NCBI GenBank assembly: GCA_964016885.1
Contig: OZ024754.1
Span: 31,930,001 to 31,994,000 of the forward strand
DNA: 64,000 nt
Source: Eledone cirrhosa
Lineage: Eukaryota
Reading direction: 5' to 3'
The notes below the pieces were generated by a model that saw nothing but the letters and a program-made list of their open reading frames with translations, had not been told where the DNA came from and ran no database searches. The position numbers were made by a program, and so were the translations under genes. Below, one piece after another: positions 47,650 to 62,772 of this stretch (position 1 is its first letter; the number at the start of each line of letters is the position of its first letter).

Positions 47650-49182
47650 TTTCTTTATTTGCCACAAGGGCGTACAAGGGACATTACAAGACGCCACGGT
47701 GGGGGTTTTACATAAAAATCGTATAAACATTAATGAATATCAATAAACTATACATTAAAAATTAACAATCGAAATCCCCAATAGGGGGGAACGTTACTGC
47801 GGGGTTGTTTTACACCCCGTAGATAGAACAACCCTCAACACCAGGAGCACGTTTTGTAGGTGTTCCCGTTTTCCCTCTTTTTGTATTCTTTAACCTATGG
47901 GTTTATATACAGAGAAGACCCATTTACTCGGGCTATTTTCGCCACATTCACCCACCTTTCAGTGAATCTAATGGGGTGCAGCACCTCTCTCTCCACTCCC
48001 ACCTTCCTTCTGAAGTGGTACTTAAAGAAGCTGATGAGTTGTTGTCCGAAGAGGAAAGTGTTTGCTCTCAGTCCTTTCAAGCTCGTCCACCATATTACAT
48101 CTTTCACCATAGCCATCAGATAGAGGAAAATCGCCTCTCCTTCATTCTTAAATGAAGGCGGCGGCGGGGTGATCCTCACGAGGGACTTGGCTGACAACTG
48201 GATGTGTCCCACACGTGACAGTAGCTGTTCGAAATAATTCCACAGGTCGGTCACCCTGGGCACTGAACAATTGCATGCAGAACGGTTTCAATGTCCTGCT
48301 CGCATCTTGGACAGGTCCTTTTGGCAGGATCCCTGCCAGGGCATCTGTGCCTATAGATTTTGTCTCGAACTGGTAGAGCTCCTCGGTAGTACTGCCAGGC
48401 CAAGACCTCATAGGCGCTGGACGGAAAGTCCTTCTGAATAGACTGGTCAGTTCGACCTTTTCAATGCCTAGAGTTTCCTTGAGAACGTCGTCGCACTTAT
48501 CCCCCACTAATCCTCTATAGAATGTCGACGTGGAGTCTCCGCTGATTGCCGTTTCCGCTTGGTAGAGGGCTGTGAGCGCCTGAAGGCACTCGAGGTGCCA
48601 GGCGCCCATTTTCGGCCTTCGCTTGACCCAGGACTGCAGCTCCGTTAGCAAGACCAGTTGTGGAAGGGCTCATCTCACAAACGACAACCACACCGGTTCA
48701 CCAGTCAGGAATACCTGGAGATGGCGTAGTCTCAGCTCGTGTTTGCGCATCATCAGCCACGGCATGCCCAGCCCTCCGTTAGAAGTGTGTTGGAAGCAGA
48801 TGAATCTCCTCACCAACGGAGCCTGTTTCTTCCAAAGGAACTTGAAAAGAAGACGTTCCAGTTTGGTGAGGTGATCGCGGGGATAAGGCACGACTGTCAG
48901 GCGGTAGTAGATGATGGGCGCTATGTAAGTGTTCGCCACCTTCGCTCGACCTTTTAAGGGGAGTTTGCACTCAGCCCACTTCTGGGTGAGTGCAAACCCC
49001 CTTCACCGTGACCTCTTTCTAGTTTTTGTCCACCTGGAGGTCTGAACCAAACCAGACCCCGAGCAATTTCACCGGTCCTTCCATCCAGTGTCCAGCGATG
49101 CTGCCGGAGGTCATGGGTTTGCCTCTCCATGTGCCGAGTTGCAAACCGACAGAATTTTTCGGGTTTAGTTTTGCTCCAGTCA
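47650..49182 (-). mobile_element. 5'-truncated degenerate Tx1-like LINE (T2)
   Basis: Frameshifted ORF2 C-terminus (IYYRLTVVP, GGLGMPW, ERWVNVA); GATA-flanked. Confidence 0.88.
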
Positions 49183-49205
49183 AGATAGATAGATAGATAG
49201 ATATG

Positions 49206-52200
49206 TTTCTTTATTAACCACAGGGGCACAAAAGAAGGGGACAAATACAAAGGGGGGAGTTTACATACAATAAAAACGTGTAAAATGTTATCACAAATGC
49301 AATTTAAAAAGTTAGTCGATTTTCCCCAATAGAGGGAGACAGAGTTTGTACTCCTTTCCTCTCCTCCTCCTTTTCCTCAACCTACAGGCTGATATAGAGA
49401 GAAGGCTCATTCACTCGGGCCATTCTCGCCACTTTCACCCACCTTTCATAAAACTTGCTGGAGTACAGCACCTCTCTCTCCATCCTGATTCTTCTTCCAA
49501 AGTGGTATTTGAAAAAAAGAATTAGTTGTTGGCCGGAGAGAAAGGTGTCTGACCTCAGCCCTTTCAACCTTTTCCACCATACAACTTCTTTCGCCATAGC
49601 TATCACACAAAGGAAAACCGCCTCTCCTTCGTTTTTGAAGGAGGGTGGCGGTTTGATCATGACAATGGACTCGGTAGTCAACCGGATTGGTCCCACCCGC
49701 GACAATAGTCGTTCTACATAGCCCCACAGGTCAGTGACGCCCGGGCAGTGTATGAATGCGTGCGCGACGGTTTCTTCGTCTCGCACGCACCTCGGACAGA
49801 TTTTTTTTGCAGGGTCCCTGCCCGGGCGCCCATGTCTGTAGAGCTTGTCTCGAACTGGTAGAGCTCCTCGGTAGCACTGCCAGGCCAGGGACTTTTGGAA
49901 GTTGTCCATCGGTCCCGGGCGGAACGTCCTACCGAACAGACTTGCCAGTTCATCTTCCTCTACGCCCAGAGTTTCACCGAGCGCGTCGTCGCACTTGCTG
50001 CGGATCAACCCTCTATAGAATGACGAAGTGGAGTCTCCACTGATCGCTGGGTCCGCCTGCCAGAGGGCTGTGAGCGCCTGAGCACATTCGATGTGCCAGT
50101 CGCCCATTTTCCTCGGTCTTTGCTTGACCCAGGACTGCAGCTCGGTCAACGAGACGAGTCGTGGGAAGGCTCGCCTCACGAACGGGGCCCACACCGGTTG
50201 TCCGGTGAGGAATACGTAGAGATGCCGCAGCCTGAGCGCGTGTTTGCGCATTGTCAACCACGGCATCCCCAGCCCTCCGTTAGAAGGGTGTTGGCAGCAG
50301 ATGGATGTTCTCACCAAAGGAGCCCGCCTCTTCCAAAGGAATCGGAAGAGCGCGCGCTCCATTTTGGCGAGCGTTTTGGCTGGACAGGGCACAACGGTCA
50401 AGCGGTAGTAGATGGCGGACGCTATAAAAGTGTTCGCCACCTCCGCTCGACCTTTCAAGGATAGTTTTCACTCGGCCCACTTCTGGGTGAGTGCAAACAC
50501 CTTGGCCGTCACTTCGTTCCAGTTCTTCTCCACCTGGAGGTCCGGACCAAACCAGACCCCGAGCAGCTATACCGGTCCTTCCGTCCAGCGTCCGACGACG
50601 CCATCGGAAGGCATCGGTTTGCCTCTCCACGATCCGATGGACTTGTCCCGGTTCAGCTTCGCTCCTGTGAAACTTTCGTATTCCTTCAGTAAGGTGCCGA
50701 CTTCCTCGATTTGCGAGGCGCTCGACACCATTACTGTCACGTCGTCGGCGTAGGCCGACGCCGCTTTCCGCAGTCCCGGTTCCAGAGGGATGCCCTGCAA
50801 TAGCTCCAACTTCCGCAGTAGTGACTTAGTAGTCAGTACGTACAGAAGGGAGGAGAGAGGGCATCCCTGTCGAATGGATCGCGTAATATGGAACGGCTCC
50901 GAGAGGTAGCCGTTCACCTTGACCCTTGAGCAGATGTTGCTGTTGTGCATTGCAGCAATCCAGCCCCTGAACACGGGTCCGAAGCCTGCCGCCTCGAGCA
51001 CCGCATCCAGGTAACGATGGTCAACCCTATCGAAAGCCTTAGACTGATCCAAGTTGATCAGGGCCCCACCGAAGCCGGGTTTACACCCTACCCTCTCTAT
51101 GATGTATCGCATGAGGTGGAGTGTATGGACCTGGTCGGGATTGCGCATGTCTGCGCTTCTCCCACCAGGTTCTCGACGACAAGCGCCAGCCTCTTTGCCA
51201 ACATCTTGGCCAAAATCTGTAACTCTGTGTTTAGCAGAGTTATGGGCTGGAAGTTGCTTATGTCATCCCCCTTATTCTCGTCCTTCCTGATTAGTGTGAC
51301 CACGCCCCCGGTTACAGAACTGGGAATTCTCCCGTTCTGTTGCCAGTTGCAGTAGACCGCTTCCAGGAGACCGGAGAATAAGTCCGGCATTGCTACGTAA
51401 AATTCGTAGGGTAGACCGTCGAGACCTGGAGATTTGCGTTTGCCGCATTGGCTCAGCGCGTCCCCTATCTCAGCGGCTGAAATAGGCTTTTCGCAGAACT
51501 TTGCCTCGCTGTCCGAGAGTCGCGGTAGGCCGTCGAGGTATGGACCGAAATCCATAGCCCCTCCCGAACAGTTGAGCAAAGTGCCGCTGAAAGGCCGCAC
51601 ACATCTGCTTCGGCTCACGTATCACGCGTCCGTTTTGGTCCTTCAAAGACCGAATCGTGGACTTGTTGCCACTTTTTGCCTCCGTCACTCGGGCCCAGCT
51701 AATAGCTTTGGCTCCCTCGTTTCCCAGAGCACGTATTTTGCTTCTGACAACGCAGCCCTCGTGCTTTGCGTCGAAGAACTGGTCCAAGGCCGTTCTTGTT
51801 GCTAGCACGCTGGCTACGTTGCCACTTCTAATTTCCTCTTCTACTTTATCTACCAGTTCCTTCTCGGTTCTATTTCTATCTAACGCTAATTCTTTACTAA
51901 AAACTATCGAGTCTAATCTAACTGCCCTCTTGAGAGAGTACCACCATCTGTTGTTGACAATGGCCCCTGTCAAGTGCTGTTTAACTAAAGTGCTAATCCG
52001 TCTACTGTAGGCTTTGCTTGTCGGTAACGACAAGTTCAGCTTCCAGTAGCCGGGTCCTTGTCTATGGGTTCTATCAAGGTTGGCCATGCAGGTCACTAGT
52101 TTGTGATCTGAATAGGCAACCATGAATATTTGTGGACAGCTTAACATGTCCCTATCCTTATTTCTAACTAGAACCCTATCTAGGTACGATCTAGATGTTC

Positions 52201-54922
52201 CGCTACGATTACTCCACGTCCACAGTGGCGCAGTCGGAAAATCTAGTCGATATCTATCGGCCAGGTCAAATCGGTCGATTAACTGTTTGAGGCTGTTACA
52301 CCCCCGCTTTATCGGGACATGCTCCCACATAGTCCCAACTTGCATCTAGGATTCCATTCCAGTCCCCCACTAAAAGCAAGGAGCGGGACGTTCCCAGAAA
52401 AGTCTCTAGACGTTTGAAGAAGTCTGGCCGCGGTGTCTCGGATGGGGCATATGCGGCCACCAGCCTGAAGGCTCCACCTTCACTACCGTCAACGTCTAGG
52501 ACCACCAGTCGACCCTCCGGGTCCAGATGTACCGTCTGTGTTACGAGGCCCAGGTGTTTCCGCAGCAGAACGGCAACTCCGCCCCCACCCCCCGGTTGAC
52601 AGAGAGATGCGTAGATCTCAAAGTCATCGAAGATGGGGGCCAGCTGTCGTTCGCTGTGGATCCTGGACTCGCAAATGGCTACCACATCCATACTGTGCTA
52701 CCTGAGGTCGTTTAAGAGTTTGCCCTGTTTCCAGGGCATCCCCAGGCCGCGTACGTTCACACATCCAACTCTTATATTGGCCATGTTGGTGCTGAAAAAT
52801 TAAAAGAGGAAAAGAGATCACTCACCCTTCGTCTCCTGGAGACCAGGCCGCACGATTTCCATGGGGGTGTTGGAGGGGTTGTCTGGATGGGTGGTGGTTT
52901 CCGGCGGGGTGGGGACGGAGATGTTTGGTGGGGTGGGGTCTGGTGGGATGGGGGTGTCTGGGGTGGGGAGACATTTGAGAAGGACGCGGTTAAGTGGTTT
53001 CACGCAGGAATTCCCCACATCCTTCTCAAATGTTTCTTTTAGGGACCTATAAGTTTGTATAGGGACCCTAATCAGTTTTAGGTTCAGTTTTTTGCTATTT
53101 TTAATAGAGTGGGCGAAAGTTTTCCCTTCGGTTTTCACCGAAGGGTCGTTCGTGATGGTCTCCATTAGTGTTTTGTTTTCAGTGTTTATGTAAGTGTAAG
53201 TGTAATTTTCTTGTGTTGTGTTTGTTTTTGTCTGTAGTTCTTGTGTGTGCTTTCGTTTTGTTGTAGGTATTTTGTTTTCAGGAGGTGGGGGTTTTGTTTG
53301 TGATGTTTTTGTTGTTTGTGTTGGTGGTTGTATGTTTGTGGTAGTGTTTGCTGGTTTATTTGCTTTTGTGATGTCTTTTCTTTCTTTTCGAGTGATGGGG
53401 TTCTCCCTCGTCTTCACTGGGTGATGGCGAGATAGCCTCATCTGTTGTATCGTCTGTGTGATTGGGGAGGGGTATGTCTTGGGGAGCTGTTGTGTCTGTA
53501 TGTGATTTTGCAGTGGTTTTAGGTGGAGTGAGGTTGGGTGGGACTGTGTTTGTTGTGGTTATTTTTGTGTGTTGGTGTTGTTGTTGTGGTGGTGTTGGTG
53601 GTTGTGTTGTTTTGATGGGTGTCGGCAGAAGAGCCTTTTTTTTATTCATTAATTTAGGACAGGAAGCCCACAGGTGACCCCTGCTAAAGCAATGGTAACA
53701 TGAAGGCCGCCTACCCTCAACCGAAAAGTTTATGTAGGTGAGTCCGTCCAGGAGTACACGTTGTGGGATCATAGCTATTCGCTCTGGGCTCATTTGCACC
53801 AGAACTTCAATGCTAGTCCCATTGAATACATCTCTGGGGGACTTTCCTACTGACAGTATTCTGTCTTCATCAAAATTGATGAAGCCGCACAGTATCCACC
53901 ATATGTTCACCTTTGGTGTGACACTCGTGATTTTGATCTTTTGTGTCCTTTTTCCCATGTATGTAGGGAAAAAGGTGTACAGGTTGGATACAATTGGCGA
54001 CACAGAGTAATTTTGAGCCGTCAATTGATCCTTCATGAGTACCGAAATACTCCCAAAAGGTTTGCTTCTTTGAATGAATGCAATATCATTCATTGAATTT
54101 TTGAAAACCAGTTCAATTTCTTTCTGTGACAATTGGGCTGGTTTTCGGGTAGAATTGGAAACTGTCCTAAAAACTATCGTTTTGAGAGCAGTTTCCTTGC
54201 GAATTTCTACCGGAGAATTGATGCTGAAAGCACCATTTTTTTCGAAAGTGACATATCTCCTAGCGTCCTTTAAAAGTTGTTCAGCATTTGTTATGTTGAG
54301 ATATATCAGTTCCTCCTTTTTTTGAACTGTCTGTGCAAAGGAGATTTTTGGTTTCTTTGTGGAATTATCCGTGTTGGTGGTGTTGTTATTGTTGTTGTTC
54401 TTCTTGTTGTCACCGATGGTGATATTATTCGTATTTTCCTTGGTGTTGTTGTTGTCTTTGATGCTGGTGTTATTGGTGTTGTCTTTATTTTTTTTTCTTT
54501 GTTGTTGTTGTCATTGTTGTTTTTATCATCATTATTGGTGTTGTTGTTATTTTTGTTGTCATTGAACTGTTTGGTGTCATTTGTGTTGTTTGGATATGAA
54601 TTTATTTTTACATTTTCATTTCGTCTTTCCATCTCCATAGTATCTAGGGAAGAAGACGATGTTGACTGCGAGCTATGTAGTCTTATCGACTCTCCACCAC
54701 CATTATCGTAATCAAACTTCTTATTATATTTCTCCAAAATTCGATGGAGAAAAATTTTTCAAACGAATATTTCGCCCCTGTAGGGGCGAAAATGAGTTGA
54801 CCCACCACCTGAAGGTCCAGACGGGGGGTCAAGTTACACAATAATATAAAATTTAACTGAAAACTCACGTTTTTTTCTTACATAAAATAACGGAAACTTC
54901 TCCGCGAAGTTACACACGTCTG
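49206..54922 (-). mobile_element. Full-length but multiply frameshifted Tx1-like LINE (T3)
   Basis: ORF1 pieces 54737-52818 (CYHCFSRGHLWASC); ORF2 pieces 52790-49382 with YADD; GATA-flanked. Confidence 0.92.
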
Positions 54923-54943
54923 ATAGAGAGAGAGATAGATATG

Positions 54944-55197
54944 TTTCTTTATTAGCCACAGGGGCACAAAAGAAGGGGACAAATACAAAGGGGGAAGTTT
55001 ACATACAATAAAAACGTGTAAAATGTTATCACAAATGCAATTTAAAAAGTTAGTCGATTTTCCCCAATAGAGGGAGACAGTTTATATGGGTAACACATAC
55101 CCCGAAAAGATGTGCAACCCTCATCTCCAGGAGTACGAAAAGTTTGTACTCCTTTCCTCTCCTCCTCCTTTTCCTCAACCTACAGGCTGATATAAAG
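54944..55197 (-). mobile_element. Tx1-like 3' fragment (T4) followed by long (GATA)n to ~55298
   Basis: Same 3'UTR as T3. Confidence 0.88.
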
Positions 55198-55211
55198 ATA
55201 GAGAGAGAGAG

Positions 55212-55298
<87 letters not shown>

Positions 55299-55420
55299 CA
55301 AATGTTTTATAATCCGAAGATAGATAGTTACATAAGTAGATAATTCAAAGAAAGCTGTTATTAAGCTACTGACCAACCAAATATATATTTCGTTATGTGT
55401 GTGTGTGTGCGTGTGTGTGC

Positions 55421-55515
<95 letters not shown>

Positions 55516-55517
55516 CG

Positions 55518-56215
55518 TATTGGTGATCTGAAATAGCGATGTATATATGAATGTACGTATAGTATATTTAATAATATACTGTATGTTTATTTTAAAACAT
55601 TTTGAAGGTTTTTCGCTATGAATTTTGAAGTAGTGACTAACGTCACATACCTAGTCTCAGCAATAGCAAAGGGGAGTAATTGACGGTTACCGTTTCTCAC
55701 TTGTAAGTGGTTGTCAAGACTACATACTCCTTCCCTGCTCCTGTCAAGAGTTATAGAAGCTGGATTCTTATAGAATTCCAGTTATATTTATGAGCTGTTT
55801 AAACTCATTAACATACAGAGCGGTTGCCGGCCCAGCAAAAATTAGAGATTAGTATTGGTGCTCTGAAATAGCGATATATATAAATGTACGTATAGTATAT
55901 TTAACAATATACTGCATGTTTATTTAAAAACATTTTGAAGGCCATTCGCTATGATTTTTAAAGTAGTGACTAACGTCACTTACCTAGACTCGGCAAAAGC
56001 GAAGGGGAGTAATCGACGGTCACCGTTTCTCACTTATCGACAGAAGCGAAGGAGTATGTAGTTCTGACAACCACTTACAGGTGAGAAACGGTGGCTGTCA
56101 ATTAGTCACATTCCTAGTGATAGTCATTATTTTAAAATTCATAGCTGATGGCCTTCAAAATGTTTCAAAATAAACATACAGTCTATTGTTAAATATACTA
56201 TACGACATTTATATA
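55518..56215. repeat. Direct + inverted repeat trio (MITE/fold-back-like)
   Basis: 55518-55750 resembles 55853-56035 (direct); 56050-56215 is an inverted copy. Confidence 0.7.
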
Positions 56216-56613
56216 TATATAAAAATATATGATGTATTTTTGATGTGTGTATGTATGATGTATGTATATATGTATGTATGCATGTATGTATGTATGTATG
56301 TATGTATGTATGTATCTATGTGTATATGTATATATATGCATGACTCTGTGTGTGGGGGGGGGGGGGTCTGTCTGTCTGTGCAAATGCACATTGAAATCAG
56401 TTGCGACATTAGAACCCGATACGTGTGTATGTATAATGTCTTCCTATCTATTTAGGTTTTTCTTCACTGACCTAGCCGTCTTTATATCAAGCCCTCTATA
56501 TATCAACATTTCAATTTATTTATCTCTCTACACTGCTCTCACTATCTCTCTAACCTCTTTTTTCTAGTTTTAATTATCTATCCATCAATTTCTTCCTCTA
56601 TGTCTCCCCCACC

Positions 56614-56645
<32 letters not shown>

Positions 56646-57845
56646 TAATTGTTTCTACTTTAGGCACAAGGCCAGCAATTACCCAGTACATTACTGGTAC
56701 TTTATTTTATCGACCCCGTAAGGATGAAAGGCAAAGTTAACCTCGGCGGGATTTGAACTCAGACTGTAAAGGGACGTAACTACGCTAGAAAGCATGGCGT
56801 CCGACCTTCTACCGATACTGCCAATTCACCGCCCTCTCTCTATATATATATTAATAAAAGGAATTCCAACTTTGTCTGATTTACTCGTTTTATTTACAAT
56901 CCTTTAAAATTATCATTATAATTTTAAAGGGCGGTGGATTGGCAGAATCGGTAGAGGGTTGGACGCCATGCTTTGATGCATAGAGTTACGATCCTTGCCA
57001 TTCTGAGTTCAAATCCCGCCGAGGTAAACTTTCCCTTTCATCCTTACGAGGTCGATAAAATAAAGTACCAGTAATGTACTGGGATAATTGCTGGCCTTGT
57101 GCCAAAAGTAGAAACAATTATAATTTTAAAGGATTGTAAATAAAACGAGTAAATCAGACAAAGTTGGAATTCCTTTTATTAATATAATCTTCTATACACA
57201 ATCATACACACCCGTGTATATTTACTTATATATATATATATATATATATAAGTATATATATATATTTATATATATATATATATATATGTGTATATATATA
57301 TATATATAAATATATATGTGTGTTGGTATGTATATTTAATTTTGATAGCTTGTATAATTTTGTATAATTTTGTACATAGATCTGTTGAATATACATGCCA
57401 ATTCTAACACATATATATCCTAGAAACGATCGTTAAATAATGAACTTTTTTTGTTTAATATAAGGAACTGTTTCATTGTTTTATTCATTATTTTTTTAAT
57501 ATTTTATATAAATATATATATATACAGTATTTTCCGTAGTGTCAATAAATTCCTTCTTAACTAAACTGTATCCATTAAAATCCTTCTATATATATATATA
57601 TGTGTGTATATATATATATATATATACTCTTTGTTGTTCTCCTGTCTCACTCGCTTTACGCGTTTCAATTGTCCTAATTACTTATTTTGGTTATTATTGC
57701 ACCGACGTGAGGTATTTGATTTTTAATGCAATGAAATATCTATGATCGTCGGCAAATCACTGATGAGGGACTCATTTTATTACATGTTATCCATGTGCTA
57801 CCTGCAGTATTTTTCTCTCTATATATATATATGTATATATATATG

Positions 57846-57946
<101 letters not shown>

Positions 57947-57964
57947 ATATATATATATATTCAT

Positions 57965-58460
57965 TTAAATTTAGTGGTTCACCACTTGTTAGAACTGGTT
58001 AGAACTGGTCAATCATGATATGTTATTAGTAAAAGCACTCACCGTTATGCAACTCGTCCATCTTTGATGTTAAATCTTGTTGATGGTGCGGCGAGAAAGG
58101 AGTTAATCATTATTGAGTAAAGTGACAGGAGACCGGACTGGTGAAATTCTTTCAAAGATTTATTATAGCAAACACTATGCACATTTCAATGGCCAGGTTG
58201 CAGTATTATGCAATATACATCATCAGATGTATATTGCATAATAGTTATATAATAAAGGAATAAGGGTAAACACGATCCAAGAGGCTATACGGATATTAAA
58301 AAAAAAAAACAGAGAAGAATGTTTTTGACTGGAAGGCGATCAAGAGGGCCAGTTGTTGTCAGTTTAGCTGACCCCTTTCGAGTGAGGATTCTCATCAATT
58401 TTGTCAGGAGGTTGTATGCTTAGTATGCTTATTACTACTACCCTGCCACTCACTGCTATT
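57965..58460 (-). mobile_element. (TA)n-flanked element of the 25160 family; hammerhead core overlapped by an 18-bp perfect hairpin
   Basis: Minus strand CTGATGA...CATT-GAAA-TGTGCA-TA; TATTATGCAATATACATC-ATCA-GATGTATATTGCATAATA at 58204-58243. Confidence 0.6.
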
Positions 58461-58884
58461 TGGACACATGCTATTGGTAAAGGAGATGAGGTTACAGAGA
58501 AATATGTTCAGTTGGGGTCAACCTAAAGTTTTATAAAAATATAATGGACGCGGGGGGGGGGGGGGATTAAGAATTTAGGACCTAAAAAGTTCTAAGGTTA
58601 AAAAAATTAAAGTTAAGATTAAAGATTAAAAATGTAATATTTAAAGTATATATTAAATTCATAAGGATATATGTATATATTTAGACATATATTTAGAAAT
58701 AGTCTCATTTGTCTATCATCTCTTCATAGTTACATTTGAAACTTATAGCCTCGTTTAAATGATTATTTATCTGGTTGATTTCTACGGACTAGGGTGAGGA
58801 AAGACTGTATATTTTATCTAATAATTCTTCAAACTTGCAATTTTATACATACACACACACACACACACACCCCCACACACACAA

Positions 58885-58916
<32 letters not shown>

Positions 58917-59046
58917 TTTAGTATATGTTGGTTGTTTACCGACACCTCAGTATGCAGATTGGAGCACTCGACGAAGTACGCAGGTTGGTTTGTTTACTCC
59001 GGTTAATGTAAAATAATTAAGTCAAATATGTAAAATTTGGCTTCGT

Positions 59047-59097
59047 TTATATATTTCGGTGACAGCCATCATTGGCTGTGACCTCTTCAGGCAGTCC
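59047..59097 (-). ncRNA. Hammerhead core motif, stem I not evident
   Basis: CTGAAGA-GGTCACAGCCA-ATGA-TGGCTGTCACC-GAAA-TATATA. Confidence 0.45.
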
Positions 59098-59833
59098 AAA
59101 TTGGTGTGGGAAAGACAGGTACACATGTTGTTGAAGTGTGTTTTATCCGTCAATATATCGATATGTCCAGCTCCTGGTTGTGTTGTTATTCTTCTGATGA
59201 ACTGGAATCATATATATATATACGCTACGCTGGTTTTTGGATAAGTCTAACACAAGGTTTAGTACTCCTAACCTTCTGTTGCAGAAGACTACTAAGTTCT
59301 GATTGTCATGTCTGAGGACAGTAGCATTTCTGTCGCCACCAAACAACCGCCATTCTCTTTTAACGCCTACCAACCCATAATGCTCAGCATTGCTGAGTGT
59401 GTACCATTCGAGAATGGTTCACTATTACTATAACACCAAATAGACGGGCCATCTCCGAATAAATCTATTTTCTATTGTCTGTTTGTATTTGCCATAATCC
59501 TGTCACCGATTAGCTACTTTTGCAATCCACACCTGATGAAATCGCCAAAGTCTTCCATTGTGATCGGATGATGTACCTAGTTCATTGAAATACTTAAAAT
59601 GTTTTTACAACATTAAAACTTTAAAGAATATTTCCAGTCCGGCCTCCTGTTGTTTTAAAATAAATATTTAACTCCGTCCCTCCACCAGCCAAGGGATTAC
59701 ATTATTTTTGATGGAAGATTTGCATAACATCGAGTGCTTTAATTTATTATATCATGGTTTACTAACTGGAATGATCAGTTCTACCACACAACATAAACGG
59801 TATATATATATGTGTATATATATATGTGTATAT

Positions 59834-59896
<63 letters not shown>

Positions 59897-62772
59897 TTAA
59901 TAATGTCTTGGACTTAAATAGATAGATAAACCTGATGAGGTCGTAGAATTAGAGCACGTTTTAAGCTTAATGAAAACAGAGATAAGAACACTAGGAATAG
60001 TAGTTAATCTATAAATTAACAAATGAGCTGTCCTTTACTTCGTAATTGTTATCATCATCATCATTACCATCGTTATAGCAATCATCCCCATCACCACCAC
60101 TATCACCATCATTATACTCGAAACCATGTGTATGGAAATGTGTATGTGTGTTTAGTCTCCCGTAACTTAATAATTCAACAAAATGAGCTGAGAAAAGGAA
60201 TCCTTTCTCTAGTTTTATTTAATTTGTTTGTGGTATTTTAACTGGTAGAGTACCCAAGTCGAAACTTGATGTAGTTTTGCCGAAACTTTTAAGCCGATTC
60301 GAGTAACGAAGGGAATGAATTCGCGCAGACCTTCTTATGTATCTATCAAGATTTATTTCCCTTTGTTAAATTGAGCTGATTCTATACAAGTAATTTTTTT
60401 CATAGCTGAGGTTAATATTGCACCATTTTTATACTTCTATGGCTGATTTCACAATATTACCGTTACTTATTTAGATTAGAGACACACTGCTAGTCTCCCG
60501 GTAGTTGTCATTTATAAAAGTGTGGTAAATATGATGCAGTGAAATTGTTGCTTTAACTCCATTCAAATATATCATCATCTAACGTCCGCTTTCTCTGCTA
60601 GCAAGGGTTTGACGGGTCGTCACAGACTGAGTTACTACCAAATTAGAGCCACCTACTTCTCAGACGTGCCAGGAGCTGCATCTTGTTAGCATACGTTTTT
60701 TGCCCTCTACAGAGTGCACCATGTGCATTTTACGTGATTTGGCAAACTTTCTGCAACTAGATGTCCTTCGTATCCACACCACGTTATAGAGTATAGTGGG
60801 TGTGATTTCTCTTGTCACCAACACTACAGCCCTGTCTTGGATACAACTGAAGAATTCCATCAATTCTTGTTTTGGCATGACATTTGCAGCTGGATTACAT
60901 CCTATCACTAACCACCTTAGAGGATGTACTGAGTGCATTTTCGTGGTACCAGCCCTGGAAAAGTCATGAAGGCTCTCCTCAACCCGTTTGGCGTGGTTTC
61001 TACGGCTGTAAGCTCTTTATAACACCAACCACTTCACAGGGTGTAGTGAGTGCGTTTTATCGTGGTACCAGCATTAGGGATGTTGTCGGTCATTGACTAA
61101 ACTGCAGAACCTTCTTTATCTATCTTCAGTCTGCCTCGAGTTTCCCAAGCGTGAAGTGGCTGAGAGTACAAGACCCCCTCATGGACAGGACGCCAGTTCA
61201 TCGCAGGGTTGAACCCGAGATTATTAGTAAAGACTTTTACTTATGAGTAAAAGAAAATGTTTAAAATTAAATTATGTTTGATAATGATTAAAGAGAAAAT
61301 ACGAAAAAAATATCGAAATTGATTTAGAAGAATGAAGATTAAATTACGGAAATTGCGGATCTCATTGTTTACATCACATCTACCTAAAACTATAACAAAA
61401 AAATAAAAAAAGAAACCGCTAAAATAAGTGCTAAAAATGAAACTGGGGTCGATATGATCGACTAAAACGCATCACGCTGGTACTCCAGCATGGCCACACA
61501 AAAATGATTGAAACTACTAAATAAAAGAAAAGAATTTTTTTTTAATCGTATAATAAAATTGTTGTTTTAAAGGAAGAATTTATTCATAATGATATAACAA
61601 TATTGTTATTAAATTATATTGAATGTCACCTTATTTTACGGAAGCGCAATATTTTCCTGCGGGATTCGTTTTGGGAAAACATCCTGTGAGCGCTTGACAT
61701 AACAGCTACAATCCTGTGGAGATTGTAAAGCACGGAACATGTTTAATTATACATCCAGTCATGTTTGGATCTACAGTGTCTCAGCAATAATTACAACAAC
61801 ATAACAATGCCTCGCTGAAATACGGTAATTTATCGGTAAACCACATTTCTCAACCAGTGGGGGGGGGGGTTAAATGACAACAGAGTGCCATTGATTTTTA
61901 CTAAAGTATCAGGTGATGCTTGTGGGTGAGCTTGGCTATCCCAGCATCTTAGCCTCATTATCACCTGGTCGTATTCCACTGTCAAATTATGCTCCTTCTG
62001 AATAAATTCTCTCTCTGAAACAACTTTCTTTCAGTTAAAATGTTAGCAATCCTTCGTCTTAGGTAAACGCACCGGAAGTTGTATATTTTTCTTTTTGTTG
62101 TCGTTAAGTGGGCCATGTACATGATTTTTGTTATAACAAACCCTATTTGTTTATCGTTCTTTATCATTTATTTTCGCTCGTCATATACCACGCTGTGTTA
62201 ATGCTATTTCTAATCACTGTACACCAATTTCATGAACAAAGAAAATTTCACGCAACACAATGTCCATGTTGATTTAGAGTGACCTCCCTTCGTAAGCTTG
62301 ATGTACTTAACAAAGTATCTATTGTTTGTCATCAAGATCGACTATTTAAATATATTTCGTAAGGTAATTGATAATTTTCTGAAGTTAAACATTATTTGCT
62401 GTACATTTAATGTATTGTGCATTAAGAAACATCCGATCTTATTCTTTATGAACACTTACATTGAGTGCGGCCGTGCTGGGGCACCGCCTTGATATACTTG
62501 ATCACATCCTCCTCACCACTTTTTTTTTCAAGTCCGATGCTTATTTTATCGATCTCGTTGCTGTCGAACCGCGAAGTTACGAGACATAGACACGGACACA
62601 AACACACACACATGTATATATCAAATTCCATTCACAAGCCATTAGTCAACCCAAGGCTATAGTAGAAGACACTTGCCCAAGGTGCCACGTAGTGGAACTG
62701 AACACAGAAACAATTGGTTGTGAAGCGAACTTCTTAGCCACTCAGTCCTGCCTGTACCTATATAAATAAGCA

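Noticed and set aside
42018-54711. Numerous + strand ORFs over the Tx1 elements
   Set aside because: Antisense shadows of GC-rich LINE coding sequence.
59520-59960. CTGATGA at ~59533 and ~59932 as hammerheads
   Set aside because: No correctly placed GAAA/NUH downstream.
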